The notes below the pieces were generated by a model. That model was not told the origin of the DNA. It searched no databases and saw only the letters and a list, made by a program, of their open reading frames with translations. The translations under genes were made by a program, and so were the position numbers. From a bacterium (lineage in GTDB: Bacteria > Patescibacteriota > Minisyncoccia > UBA6257 > 02-FULL-45-10c), in contig JAUYKI010000006.1 in assembly GCA_030700025.1 (NCBI GenBank), positions 13,428 through 77,427 on the forward strand: a stretch of 64,000 nucleotides of DNA, written 5' to 3'. This document shows, one piece after another, positions 16,758-25,579 of the stretch; within the stretch, counting starts at the first letter, position 1; every line of letters starts with the position of its first letter.

Positions 16758-17813
16758 ATGACCGGACAAAATTTAGGACAATTAGTAAATAAAGCGCTGG
16801 CAGTTCTTACTCCTCGGGAAAAAGAGGTGGTAGAACAGCGCTGGGGCCTAAAAGACGGCCAATCTTTAACGCTTGCCGAAGTAGGAGATTCCTATGGCAT
16901 TACCCGGGAACGGGTGCGGCAAATTGAAGCTACGGCTGTTAATAAGCTGAAAGCTTTAGTCCGCAAGGGCGAGTTAAAAGATTTCTTAGGCACGATTGCC
17001 AGCCACTTAAAAGTAGTCGGCGGATTGCGCCGGGAAACCTTGCTTTTGGACGATCTTAAATTCTTATTAAGAGAAAATGTTGGCGCGACTGCCATGGGGA
17101 ATAAAGTAAAGTTTCTTTTGGAATTGTCGGATTCTCCGGCTTACTCTCAAGAAGATAACGATTTCCATTCTTACTGGTATGCTTCCCGGGATGATAAGCA
17201 AAAAGCACACAACTTCGTTTCCAGGCTGGTTAAGTTTTTGGAAAAGAATAAGTCGGCTATTATCACCCAGCCGGTCAGCGTCAAAGATGTAATTAAGGAA
17301 GTGGCCACGACTTTAAATTTGAAAGAAGCGATTGCCTTAAATTATGCTTCTTTATCTAAACAGTTTCATGTTAATCAATACGGCGATTTCGGATTAGCGG
17401 ATTGGGATGAGTTAAATCCGAAAACTGTCCGCCACTGGGCTAACTTGGTTTTGCGAAAAGAACGCCAACCGCTTCACTTTACGGATATCGCGAAAGTAAT
17501 CAATAAAGTTAAAAAGAATTCTTCCAAAGTAGTTAATGCCCAGACCGTGCATAATGAATTAATTAAAGACAGCCGGTTCGTGTTAGTTGGCCGGGGCATG
17601 TACGGCTTGCAGGAATTCGGCTTGATGCCGGGAACTGCCAGAGAGGTTATTGCCCGCTTGCTGAAAAAGCATGGGCCGTTAAAGTCTGCGGACCTAGTAT
17701 CGTTCGTTAAACAAGAAAGAGTTTTTAAGGATAATACTATCTTCATCAATCTGCAGAATAAAAAGCACTTCTCCAGAATGCCGGACGGCCGTTACTCCGT
17801 AAAAGAAGCTTAA
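16758..17813 (+). CDS. sigma-70 region-4 (HTH) domain protein with uncharacterised C-terminal domain
   Basis: N-terminal LTPREKEVVEQRWGL...LAEVG...GITRERVRQIEATAVNKL nearly matches region 4 of the RpoD in this window ([15 protein letters not shown]...[15 protein letters not shown]); rest unassigned; terminator at 17823-17848. Confidence 0.6.
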   Translation: MTGQNLGQLVNKALAVLTPREKEVVEQRWGLKDGQSLTLAEVGDSYGITRERVRQIEATAVNKLKALVRKGELKDFLGTIASHLKVVGGLRRETLLLDDLKFLLRENVGATAMGNKVKFLLELSDSPAYSQEDNDFHSYWYASRDDKQKAHNFVSRLVKFLEKNKSAIITQPVSVKDVIKEVATTLNLKEAIALNYASLSKQFHVNQYGDFGLADWDELNPKTVRHWANLVLRKERQPLHFTDIAKVINKVKKNSSKVVNAQTVHNELIKDSRFVLVGRGMYGLQEFGLMPGTAREVIARLLKKHGPLKSADLVSFVKQERVFKDNTIFINLQNKKHFSRMPDGRYSVKEA

Positions 17814-17822
17814 TTACAAAAA

Positions 17823-17848
17823 ACGTCCCGTAAGAACGGGATGTTTTT
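17823..17848 (+). terminator. rho-independent terminator
   Basis: CGTCCCGTAAGAACGGGATG hairpin then TTTTTTG. Confidence 0.7.
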
Positions 17849-17887
17849 TGTTAAATCAGTTTTTTGATATAATTAGTTTATAATCTT

Positions 17888-19177
17888 ATGGATCCTTTTA
17901 CTGTTTTTTCTAGCCCAGTTTTCATCGGAATTCTCCAGTCTATTTTTAGAGTATTCGCCGCAACCTGGTGGGTGATTTTGCCTATAGGTTTATTTTTTAT
18001 TTGGAAAGATCTCTGGGTTTGGGGTTTGCACTATCTTTGGAAAAAGAACATCAAATGGGCGCTTTTGGAAATTAAAGTCCCAAAGAATATCTTAAAAACG
18101 CCAAAGGCAATGGAGAATGTTTTCGCCGCTCTGCACGCTATGTATATTAAAAACTTCGGCTGGGAAGACCGCTATTTTAAGGGTGAAGACTTTCAATGGT
18201 TTACCTGTGAATTGGTGGGTTATGCCGGCGGAGTGCAGTTTTTTATCCGCTGTCCAGAGATGAGTCGCAATCTGGTGGAGTCGGCGATTTATTCGGAATA
18301 TCCGGACGTAGAAATCATTCCAGCGGATGATTATACGGACTTAATGCCGGACATAATGCCGAACGATAAATATGATTTATACGGCCAGGATTTTGTTTTA
18401 GCCAAGCCGAATCCCTACCCAATCCGGACCTATGAATTTTTTGAAGCTAACGTGGACGAACAGCGTTTGGATCCCATTTCCGCCATTACCGAAGCCATGT
18501 CCCGGTTAAAAGACGGCGAGGCGATTTGGATGCAGTATTTAGTGAAGCCGGTTCCGGATGATTGGAAAAAAGAAGGCGAGGCGATTCGGGATAAAATGAT
18601 GCAAAGGAAGGCAGCTAAAAAAGAAGAGGGGTGGGTTACCGGCCTGATGCACTTTTTTTACAATCTTTCTTTGGCAGCCATTGAACATCCGGTTTGGCCG
18701 GGGGATGAAAAGCCGTCTACGGACCGGATGATTTTCTTATCTCCGGGCGAAAACCTGGTTTTAAAGGGAGTGGAAAATAAGATTTCCAAATTAGGCTTCG
18801 AAACAGTCGTCCGGTTTCTTTATATAGATAAGCGGGATAGTTTTTCTCCGGCTAATATTTCGGCGGTTAACGGCGCTATCCGGCAATTTAATACCCAGGA
18901 CATGAATGCCTTTAAAGTTTTAGGCGACACGGTTACCTTTGTCACCTCCAGAAAATTTACTTATAAAAGCTGGTTTAGGAAACAGAGGGTGCTTTATAAA
19001 AAAAGGCTTTTTTATGATATGTACCGGCTTCGCTGGTTTCCGGCTAAGGCATCAGTTTTAAATACCGAAGAATTGGCAACGGTATTTCATTTCCCATTGG
19101 TAACCGTGGAAGCCCCAATGTTAAGGCGTTTAGACGTAAGAAAGGGCGAGCCGCCGGCGGGATTGCCAATTGAATAG
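17888..19177 (+). CDS. membrane protein (two N-terminal TM helices plus large soluble domain), partner of downstream AAA-like ATPase
   Basis: 429 aa; 18 nt upstream of and co-directional with the ATPase gene. Confidence 0.55.
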   Translation: MDPFTVFSSPVFIGILQSIFRVFAATWWVILPIGLFFIWKDLWVWGLHYLWKKNIKWALLEIKVPKNILKTPKAMENVFAALHAMYIKNFGWEDRYFKGEDFQWFTCELVGYAGGVQFFIRCPEMSRNLVESAIYSEYPDVEIIPADDYTDLMPDIMPNDKYDLYGQDFVLAKPNPYPIRTYEFFEANVDEQRLDPISAITEAMSRLKDGEAIWMQYLVKPVPDDWKKEGEAIRDKMMQRKAAKKEEGWVTGLMHFFYNLSLAAIEHPVWPGDEKPSTDRMIFLSPGENLVLKGVENKISKLGFETVVRFLYIDKRDSFSPANISAVNGAIRQFNTQDMNAFKVLGDTVTFVTSRKFTYKSWFRKQRVLYKKRLFYDMYRLRWFPAKASVLNTEELATVFHFPLVTVEAPMLRRLDVRKGEPPAGLPIE

Positions 19178-19194
19178 GAACTAGAAACAACACT

Positions 19195-20895
19195 ATGAGA
19201 GACATAACTTTATTCGGACAAACAAACTTTCGGAACCAGAAAATCCGGTTCGGCATTAAGGTAGATGACCGCCGGAGGCACATGTATATCATTGGAAAAA
19301 CCGGCATGGGTAAGACCACTATGCTGGAGAATATGATTATTGCCGACATTAATGCCGGCCGGGGCGTTGGCATTGTGGATCCGCACGGCGAGCTGGCGGA
19401 AAAGATTTTAGACTTTGTTCCGGAAAGCCGGATTAAGGATGTAATTTATTTTAATCCCCAGGATTTGGAATTTCCGATTGCTTTTAATCCATTGGAGCAA
19501 GTAGGCACGGAATTCCGCCACTTGGTGGCTTCGGGAATTATGGGCGTATTTAAGAAGATATGGCCGGATGTCTGGTCGGCTCGTATGGAATATATTTTGA
19601 ACAATTCTTTACTGGCGCTTTTGGAATGCCCAGGCTCAACTTTGCTTGGCATTATGCGGATTTTGTCCGACAAAGAATACCGTAAAAAAGTAGTGGATAA
19701 TTTGAAAGACCCGGTGGTCAAGGGCTTTTGGGTAAATGAATTTGCCAAATATACCCAGCGGCTGGAAAGCGAGGCGACGGCAGCTATTCAAAACAAAGTT
19801 GGACAGTTCGTCACCAATCCGCTGATCCGTAATGTTTTAGGACAGGGGCATTCCACGGTGGATATGCGGAAGATTATGGACGAACGGAAAATTTTAATCG
19901 TTAACTTGTCTAAAGGAAGAATCGGAGAAGATAATTCCGCGCTTTTGGGAGCAATGATTATTACCAAGCTTCAGCTGGCAGCTATGTCACGGGTGGATAT
20001 TCCGGAAAAGGAGCGCCAAGACTTTTTCTTATACGTGGACGAGTTCCAAAACTTTGCCACCGATTCCTTTGCTAATATTTTATCGGAAGCCAGAAAATAC
20101 CGGCTTTGCCTGATTTTAGCGCACCAATATATCGGCCAATTGAGCCACGGAGATAATGATAAGGTGCGGGACGCGATTTTTGGTAACGTCGGAACTATGA
20201 TTTCTTTCCGGGTGGGCGCCGAAGATGGAGAATTTTTGGAAAAAGAATTCCAGCCGGACTTTATGATGAATGATTTTGTTAATTTATCCAAATATACTTT
20301 TTATACCAAGCTGATGATTGATGGAATCGCCTCCCGGCCTTTTTCCGCCCAGAATATTGAGCCATTTGTTCCTCCGGCGGTAGCGTTCCGGAATTCAATT
20401 ATTGACGAAAGCCGGAAACGGTACGGTACTGCCCGTTCCATTGTAGAAGTTAAAATTGCAGGCGAGTGGTTAGTGGATGGCGGCCGAACAGCGGATGAAA
20501 AGCCGCCCCGCCGCGAAGAAGGATTTGCGCGTCGGGATGATCGGCCCATGCATCGCGAGGAAAGGCCCGTTTATAGAGAAGACAGGCCTATGCGTAGCGA
20601 CGACAGGCCAATGCGCCGGGAAGAACGGCCATTATCAGAGGCCTTGCGCCCGGTTCCTCAGCGTTCAGATTTTCCGCCGCGCCGGAGCAATGATTGGCGG
20701 CCAGGCGGCCAGCCTACCAGCGATGGCATTCGCAGGATTCCGGTAAGGCGGGAAGAGTTCCGTCCGGCGCCGCAACCGATGGCCCCTCGGAACGATCAGC
20801 CAAGGCCAAAAGTAGACATTGCGGATTTGAAGAAGTCTTTAGACGAAATTTTATTAGATAAAATAACCAAAGAAGAAACGGGCGGAGAAGAATAG
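19195..20895 (+). CDS. AAA-like ATPase of the TraD/VirD4/HerA (DUF87-like) group with RED-rich repetitive C-terminal tail
   Basis: RRHMYIIGKTGMGKTT Walker A preceded by RH; IVDPHGEL; Walker B LYVDEFQNF; C-terminal DRPMxREERP-like repeats. Confidence 0.6.
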   Translation: MRDITLFGQTNFRNQKIRFGIKVDDRRRHMYIIGKTGMGKTTMLENMIIADINAGRGVGIVDPHGELAEKILDFVPESRIKDVIYFNPQDLEFPIAFNPLEQVGTEFRHLVASGIMGVFKKIWPDVWSARMEYILNNSLLALLECPGSTLLGIMRILSDKEYRKKVVDNLKDPVVKGFWVNEFAKYTQRLESEATAAIQNKVGQFVTNPLIRNVLGQGHSTVDMRKIMDERKILIVNLSKGRIGEDNSALLGAMIITKLQLAAMSRVDIPEKERQDFFLYVDEFQNFATDSFANILSEARKYRLCLILAHQYIGQLSHGDNDKVRDAIFGNVGTMISFRVGAEDGEFLEKEFQPDFMMNDFVNLSKYTFYTKLMIDGIASRPFSAQNIEPFVPPAVAFRNSIIDESRKRYGTARSIVEVKIAGEWLVDGGRTADEKPPRREEGFARRDDRPMHREERPVYREDRPMRSDDRPMRREERPLSEALRPVPQRSDFPPRRSNDWRPGGQPTSDGIRRIPVRREEFRPAPQPMAPRNDQPRPKVDIADLKKSLDEILLDKITKEETGGEE

Positions 20896-20907
20896 GGGGC
20901 GGTAAAA

Positions 20908-20936
20908 TTGACGGCCAATGTATTTGAAGCTATAAT
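20908..20936 (+). promoter_or_regulatory. sigma70-type promoter TTGACG-17-TATAAT
   Basis: upstream of 20969 gene with strong RBS. Confidence 0.5.
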
Positions 20937-20968
20937 CCTTTTGGTTCTTAAAATAAGGAGGTAGCAAG

Positions 20969-21298
20969 ATGACTTACCGGCAGTTTTTGAGAGAATTGAG
21001 AAAACTTCGCAATAAAGGAACGTGGTACTTAACATCTACCGACGGAATTCGGATGAGCCATTCGGATTCGGATATGATCTACGATCCCATTACGGTAGTT
21101 TGTAAATTTTTTATCGGAAAAGAATATTTTTCGGATGAATGGGCCAATGCCGCTAAAAGGTTAAATTTAGATCGAAAAGTCATGGGACTTATTATGGTTG
21201 CCACCTGTTTTTCGTTAGACCATTGCAAGACGAAGAATAATCCCAGATTCGCTAAAGTTCGTCAGGATCTTTTAGAAGCTATTGGTTTATCGGAATAA
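20969..21298 (+). CDS. hypothetical protein
   Basis: 109 aa; promoter TTGACG-17-TATAAT at 20908-20936, RBS AAGGAGG; terminator 21300-21321. Confidence 0.5.
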   Translation: MTYRQFLRELRKLRNKGTWYLTSTDGIRMSHSDSDMIYDPITVVCKFFIGKEYFSDEWANAAKRLNLDRKVMGLIMVATCFSLDHCKTKNNPRFAKVRQDLLEAIGLSE

Positions 21299-21323
21299 TC
21301 CCGCAGATAATGCGGGTTTTTGT
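21298..21323 (+). terminator. rho-independent terminator
   Basis: CCCGCAGATAATGCGGG then TTTTTG. Confidence 0.7.
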
Positions 21324-21406
21324 TTTCATTGACACCCCGATAAGCCGGGGAGTAGGATGGGGTTAGAAGCTTTTTGAAAACTTCATACGACAGGAGGGAA
21401 TTAATC

Positions 21407-22573
21407 ATGCGTATCGGAACGCTTCTGAATACCTATAAAATCGTACCCAGGGTTCTTTATGACCTGTCTAACAGCAAAGCGGGCTTGGCTTCCAGGCCTC
21501 CGTGGGCCTTGCGCCATTTGCCTGACGTCGCTGTTTACTGGCTGATGAAAGCCCTGCGGTTAACGGAATTGCCCAAGCGCAAATTCAATATCCAGGTGTT
21601 TTTGGATGAAATTAAGCTGGAACAGCAAATTGCCGAACTTCGGAAGGCCGGAGCCGAACATTTTGAATTATCCGCGGATTTAATTTTTCTGCATCCTCAA
21701 TTTGAGGCGTGGTGGATAGAGCAAATTCCGTTTTTAGCTTCGCTTCGCAAAGAAGGCATTACTTTTTCCGTGCATCTTCCGCAGTTTGCCGGACTTTATT
21801 TAGACTCGTATCTGAATGGCGTGCGGCAGGGAGCGGTGGCGGAAATCCGCCGGATGAATGAAATTTTCAAACCGCTGGATCCGCATTATGTTTTGCACTT
21901 GGGGAGCGACCGGTTTTTCTATTATACCGATTTGCATCTTACCGGCGCCGCTCTTCAGCGGATGCTTATGAAAACAATTGGAAATAAAGGATGGTTTAAC
22001 CGCGCCAAGATGGCCGGCGCAAAGCTGGTTTTCCAGGGACTGGTTAAATTCATAACGCCCTTGGCGGTAAGCCGGGCGGTCCATCCAAGCCTGATCCGTT
22101 CTCTGCAAGAAGTAAGCCAGTTTATGCCCATAGAAAAACTTTGCATTGAAAATCTGGAAAACTTTGATTTTGATTCCGTGATGAAGCGCTTCAACCAGGA
22201 GCCGCTCCGTTCAGAAATTCCGGTTTCGGTTTGCCTGGACGTCGGCCACTTAATTATGCAGAAATGGACCCGAGACCAGCGTTGTTTTGAAAAGTTTTTT
22301 GCCCGCTATGGAAATAGAATTTCTTGTCTACATCTTCATAACGTGGTTAAGTCCGCGGAAACGATTTATGACACCGGAGAGCGGGAACCGGTTCTGCAGG
22401 ACCATCAGCCTCTTAACGAAGAGGGAGGGCTTTTGCCGTTAAGAAAGATATTAGAAATGGTAAAAAAGATAGACAAGAAAACCGGCAAGAACACCACAGT
22501 GGTGATTGAGCTATATTCCCACGACCCGCTCCCTTCAATGAGGTTCTTGAAGGAAATAGTTAGCGGAATGTGA
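21407..22573 (+). CDS. hypothetical protein, possibly xylose-isomerase-like TIM-barrel (sugar phosphate isomerase/epimerase) fold
   Basis: RBS GGAGGG before ATG 21407 (longer ORF from 21374 is possible); scattered His/Glu/Asp blocks (VHLP, LHLG, CIEN, LHLHN); weak assignment. Confidence 0.3.
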   Translation: MRIGTLLNTYKIVPRVLYDLSNSKAGLASRPPWALRHLPDVAVYWLMKALRLTELPKRKFNIQVFLDEIKLEQQIAELRKAGAEHFELSADLIFLHPQFEAWWIEQIPFLASLRKEGITFSVHLPQFAGLYLDSYLNGVRQGAVAEIRRMNEIFKPLDPHYVLHLGSDRFFYYTDLHLTGAALQRMLMKTIGNKGWFNRAKMAGAKLVFQGLVKFITPLAVSRAVHPSLIRSLQEVSQFMPIEKLCIENLENFDFDSVMKRFNQEPLRSEIPVSVCLDVGHLIMQKWTRDQRCFEKFFARYGNRISCLHLHNVVKSAETIYDTGEREPVLQDHQPLNEEGGLLPLRKILEMVKKIDKKTGKNTTVVIELYSHDPLPSMRFLKEIVSGM

Positions 22574-22577
22574 CTTC

Positions 22578-22606
22578 GTCCCCGATGTAATATCGGGGAT
22601 TTTTTA
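22578..22606 (+). terminator. rho-independent terminator
   Basis: TCCCCGATGTAATATCGGGGA then TTTTTTATTT. Confidence 0.7.
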
Positions 22607-22648
22607 TTTCTTGCAAAAAGAAACTTTTTATATTAAAATAATCTTTAA

Positions 22649-23224
22649 ATGCTTAAATACAGCGAATTAAAAGTGGGCACGGTTTTTCGGCTTGAGGGCC
22701 AGGTTTTTGAGGTTATAGAATATGAATTTTTGCGCATGCAGGCTTCTAAGCCGGTGGCAAAAGTCCGTTTAAAGAATTTAACTAGCGGACAGGTAGTTGG
22801 CCGGAATTTCCATTCTAATGAAACTTTTGAAGAAGTGGAAGCCGAATGGCAGCCGCTTACTTATCTATATAGTCATCGGGGTGAATTTTGGTTCTCCGAG
22901 AAAAGTAATCCCAAGAATCGATTTAAGCTTTCCGAAGAGCAATTGGGAGAAGTCAGCCAATTTTTAAAGCCGAACACGGAAGTGTCCGCTTTGAAATTAG
23001 ACGGAGAATTGGTCAGCGTTAAAGCTCCTATTAAAGTTGATTTTAAAGTTACCGAAGCGCCTCCGGGAGAACGGGGCAATACCGCGCAGGGCGGAAATAA
23101 AATAGTGACTCTGGAAACCGGAGCTAAGCTTGCCGTTCCGTTGTTTATTAATACCGGCGATATTGTCAGGGTAAATACTGTTTTGGGAGAATACGTGGAA
23201 AGAGTGGAGAAGTCCAAAGAGTAG
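22649..23224 (+). CDS. efp: elongation factor P
   Basis: 191 aa; EF-P three-domain layout, N-terminal KOW-like domain. Confidence 0.8.
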   Translation: MLKYSELKVGTVFRLEGQVFEVIEYEFLRMQASKPVAKVRLKNLTSGQVVGRNFHSNETFEEVEAEWQPLTYLYSHRGEFWFSEKSNPKNRFKLSEEQLGEVSQFLKPNTEVSALKLDGELVSVKAPIKVDFKVTEAPPGERGNTAQGGNKIVTLETGAKLAVPLFINTGDIVRVNTVLGEYVERVEKSKE

Positions 23225-23272
23225 GCTCATAATCCTTATTCTCATAAATAAGCTCCGCCATGGTTGCCGTAG

Positions 23273-23362
23273 GGAACATCCCGCAGGCGTATTTTGCTTG
23301 GACCACAAAATACGCCGAGGGCGAAGAAAGTTTTATCGCTGGAATAAAACTATTCTGTTTCC
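23273..23362 (+). repeat. Family-1 element, copy C (core)
   Basis: ~98% identical to copy A reverse complement; flanked by direct CCGTAGG heptamers. Confidence 0.85.
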
Positions 23363-23401
23363 CGTAGGCAATCTGGCGGAGCGAGTATGTGGAAGGAGAA
23401 T

Positions 23402-23433
23402 AAAAAAATCCCGTTATCTTGCGATAGCGGGAT
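23402..23433 (-). terminator. rho-independent terminator
   Basis: ATCCCGTTATCTTGCGATAGCGGGAT hairpin with T-run on minus strand after oxidoreductase gene. Confidence 0.6.
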
Positions 23434-23445
23434 TGCCTTTAATTT

Positions 23446-25191
23446 TTAACCGCGCGAAGGGGCGCGTTCTTTATCGTAGCGTTTCTGATACCATTTCTTG
23501 ATTTGCCGGGAAAGGAAGTTGCTTTGGAGCCAGGCGGTAAGGGGGGCAACGGTTGGGCGGTAAATCGGCTCTTGCAGGTTAATCCGGTTGTCGGCTTCCA
23601 AAACCGCGTTAGCGGCTCGGGTGCCGGACTTAACTGCTGCTTCCATGCCTAACTCAAACTCGTCGGTCCAGTCGCCAGCCAGGAATAGGTTAGCCAGGGA
23701 TGTTGCGGGAGAATGGGGAAGGAATCGGGAATTGAGCCGGGGGAATGGCCGGTGATAAAGCGCTGCCGGGTAGATGCGGGCTAGCAGATGCTTATGCACT
23801 TTCGCGGAATTAACTTCCGGGAAAAGCGCTTTTACATCCGTTAATAAGCGCGCTTTCAAAACTTTTTCCGGATAGAACTCCAGCACTTCGCCGTCGTCGG
23901 AAAGCGTGTCAAACACGCTAGTTTTTTCGTAACGGGGCATAATATTAGAAATATCCATACAGCCGTTCATTGACCAGAAGTCTCTGTCCAACCCGGTTAA
24001 ATTATATTCGTGAGTCACTTTCCGGTCTAAGAAAATTCTGGACACGGTAAGAGCCGCGCCTTTGAATTGGCCAAGCGCCCGAAACTCCCGGAATTCCCGG
24101 AGTGGGTGATTGTCGGGAGAGCGGAAAAGATTAGCCAGCTGGTGCGGCTGCATCGCGGAAATAATAAATTCGGCCTCAATCAGTTCGGGAGTTGGTTTAG
24201 CCATGTTCTTCCGATATTTTTTTTCGGGCGTTGCGCAACCGCAAGCCGGACAAAGCGGATATTGTTTGGCCGGCGGATAAAGCAATCCGCAATTATCGCA
24301 AACCATGTTTGCGTAATGGCCGCAGTCTTCCACGGTTACGCCAATAGCGTGTTTTTGTTCTGTAAGAATGTCGCGTACGTGGCAATTGAATCTGAAATTA
24401 ACTCCGCGCGCTTTTAGCGTTTCCACCAACCGGTCAATTAAGGCCGGATTACAATCGTCATTCATCATCCGGCACCCGAGAATATTTTTATCCCGCAGAT
24501 AAGCCAGATAAAAAAGGTGCATGAATTTCGGGCCTACTTGATCGGCATCAGCCAGGTTCGTAATAGAATAGGTAATGCGCCGGAAAGTTTTAACGGCTTC
24601 ATGCGTAAGGCCGAGATGCTTCATAATGCCGTAAAAATTCCAGTCGTCGGAAATCGGCGGTACGGATTTGTCGCCAAAGAGAAGGGCGAGAGCGTGGAAT
24701 CGGACCGCGCTTAACCGGTCCCGGAGAGTTGGAAATCCTTCAAAGTCGGTCAAGATTTGCAAGTTAGAAAGCGGAGCCGGGAGAAACGATAATGCTTTTC
24801 CAATGCGGGTGCTCGGCTTGCCGGTAAGGTGCATTCGCCGTCCGCCTTCGTCGGCTAAGAAAAATCCATCCAGCCGGCCGGTAAAAGACGGATTCGGCTG
24901 ATTGGTCCAGGATTTCGGCAAAGCGGTAATCGGGGATTGGATGCTTGGCAGAGTTAACTCGCGCCAGCAAAAATAATTCAGATTTTCATAAAAAGGAAAA
25001 TTCATTTGCATTTGGCCCTTTCGGATTGATCCATGTTCCGGATCGCGGTGATCGGTCCATGAAGACGTACAACCGCCCGCCATTGGAGCCCGTTCAATAA
25101 CTGTGACTTGGTAACCGCGGTCCACCAGAACGCTGGCGGAGCGGAGGCCGGCTAAACCGGCGCCGAGAATTACGACACTTTTGTTTTCCAT
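23446..25191 (-). CDS. FAD-dependent oxidoreductase (amine oxidase / phytoene desaturase-like) with internal Cys4 zinc-ribbon insertion
   Basis: Rossmann VVILGAGLAGL at N-terminus; C-terminal LFLAGDWT...G.E.AV.SG; insertion CGHYANMVCDNC...CPACGC. Confidence 0.7.
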   Translation of the reverse strand: MENKSVVILGAGLAGLRSASVLVDRGYQVTVIERAPMAGGCTSSWTDHRDPEHGSIRKGQMQMNFPFYENLNYFCWRELTLPSIQSPITALPKSWTNQPNPSFTGRLDGFFLADEGGRRMHLTGKPSTRIGKALSFLPAPLSNLQILTDFEGFPTLRDRLSAVRFHALALLFGDKSVPPISDDWNFYGIMKHLGLTHEAVKTFRRITYSITNLADADQVGPKFMHLFYLAYLRDKNILGCRMMNDDCNPALIDRLVETLKARGVNFRFNCHVRDILTEQKHAIGVTVEDCGHYANMVCDNCGLLYPPAKQYPLCPACGCATPEKKYRKNMAKPTPELIEAEFIISAMQPHQLANLFRSPDNHPLREFREFRALGQFKGAALTVSRIFLDRKVTHEYNLTGLDRDFWSMNGCMDISNIMPRYEKTSVFDTLSDDGEVLEFYPEKVLKARLLTDVKALFPEVNSAKVHKHLLARIYPAALYHRPFPRLNSRFLPHSPATSLANLFLAGDWTDEFELGMEAAVKSGTRAANAVLEADNRINLQEPIYRPTVAPLTAWLQSNFLSRQIKKWYQKRYDKERAPSRG

Positions 25192-25299
25192 ATTTCGCCT
25201 CAGTATTTCAAGGATCTTCGCGGCTTATTTTACCACGCGGAAGTGCCTAAGGTCAATTTTTCGCTCAGCCGATATTGTTTCCTGTAACTCAATTTATTT

Positions 25300-25494
25300 G
25301 CCCAGCCCTATCTATTTCTTGGAAACAGAATAGTTTTATTCCAGCCCCGACGTAAAGTCGGGGCTCCGACATCTTTATTTTAAAAATTTAATAACGAAGC
25401 GTCGGAGCGATAAAACTTTCTTCGCCCTCGGCGTATTTTGTGGTCCAAGCAAAATACGCCTGCGGGATGTTCCTCAAAACAGATAGGGCTGGGC
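25300..25494 (-). repeat. Family-1 element, copy D (full length, TIRs GCCCAGCCCTATCT; core 25321-25473 with 63-nt insertion in the CGCT/GGA loop)
   Basis: insertion itself forms two hairpins (GCTCCGAC...GTCGGAGC and CCCCGAC-TTTAC-GTCGGGG). Confidence 0.85.
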
Positions 25495-25579
25495 GCTCGG
25501 TTTGTTTGGGTATTGGGAAGGCGGTAGCGGCTTCGTTATTCTTGTTTAAGTTATAAAATCGTGATATAATATAATAACT

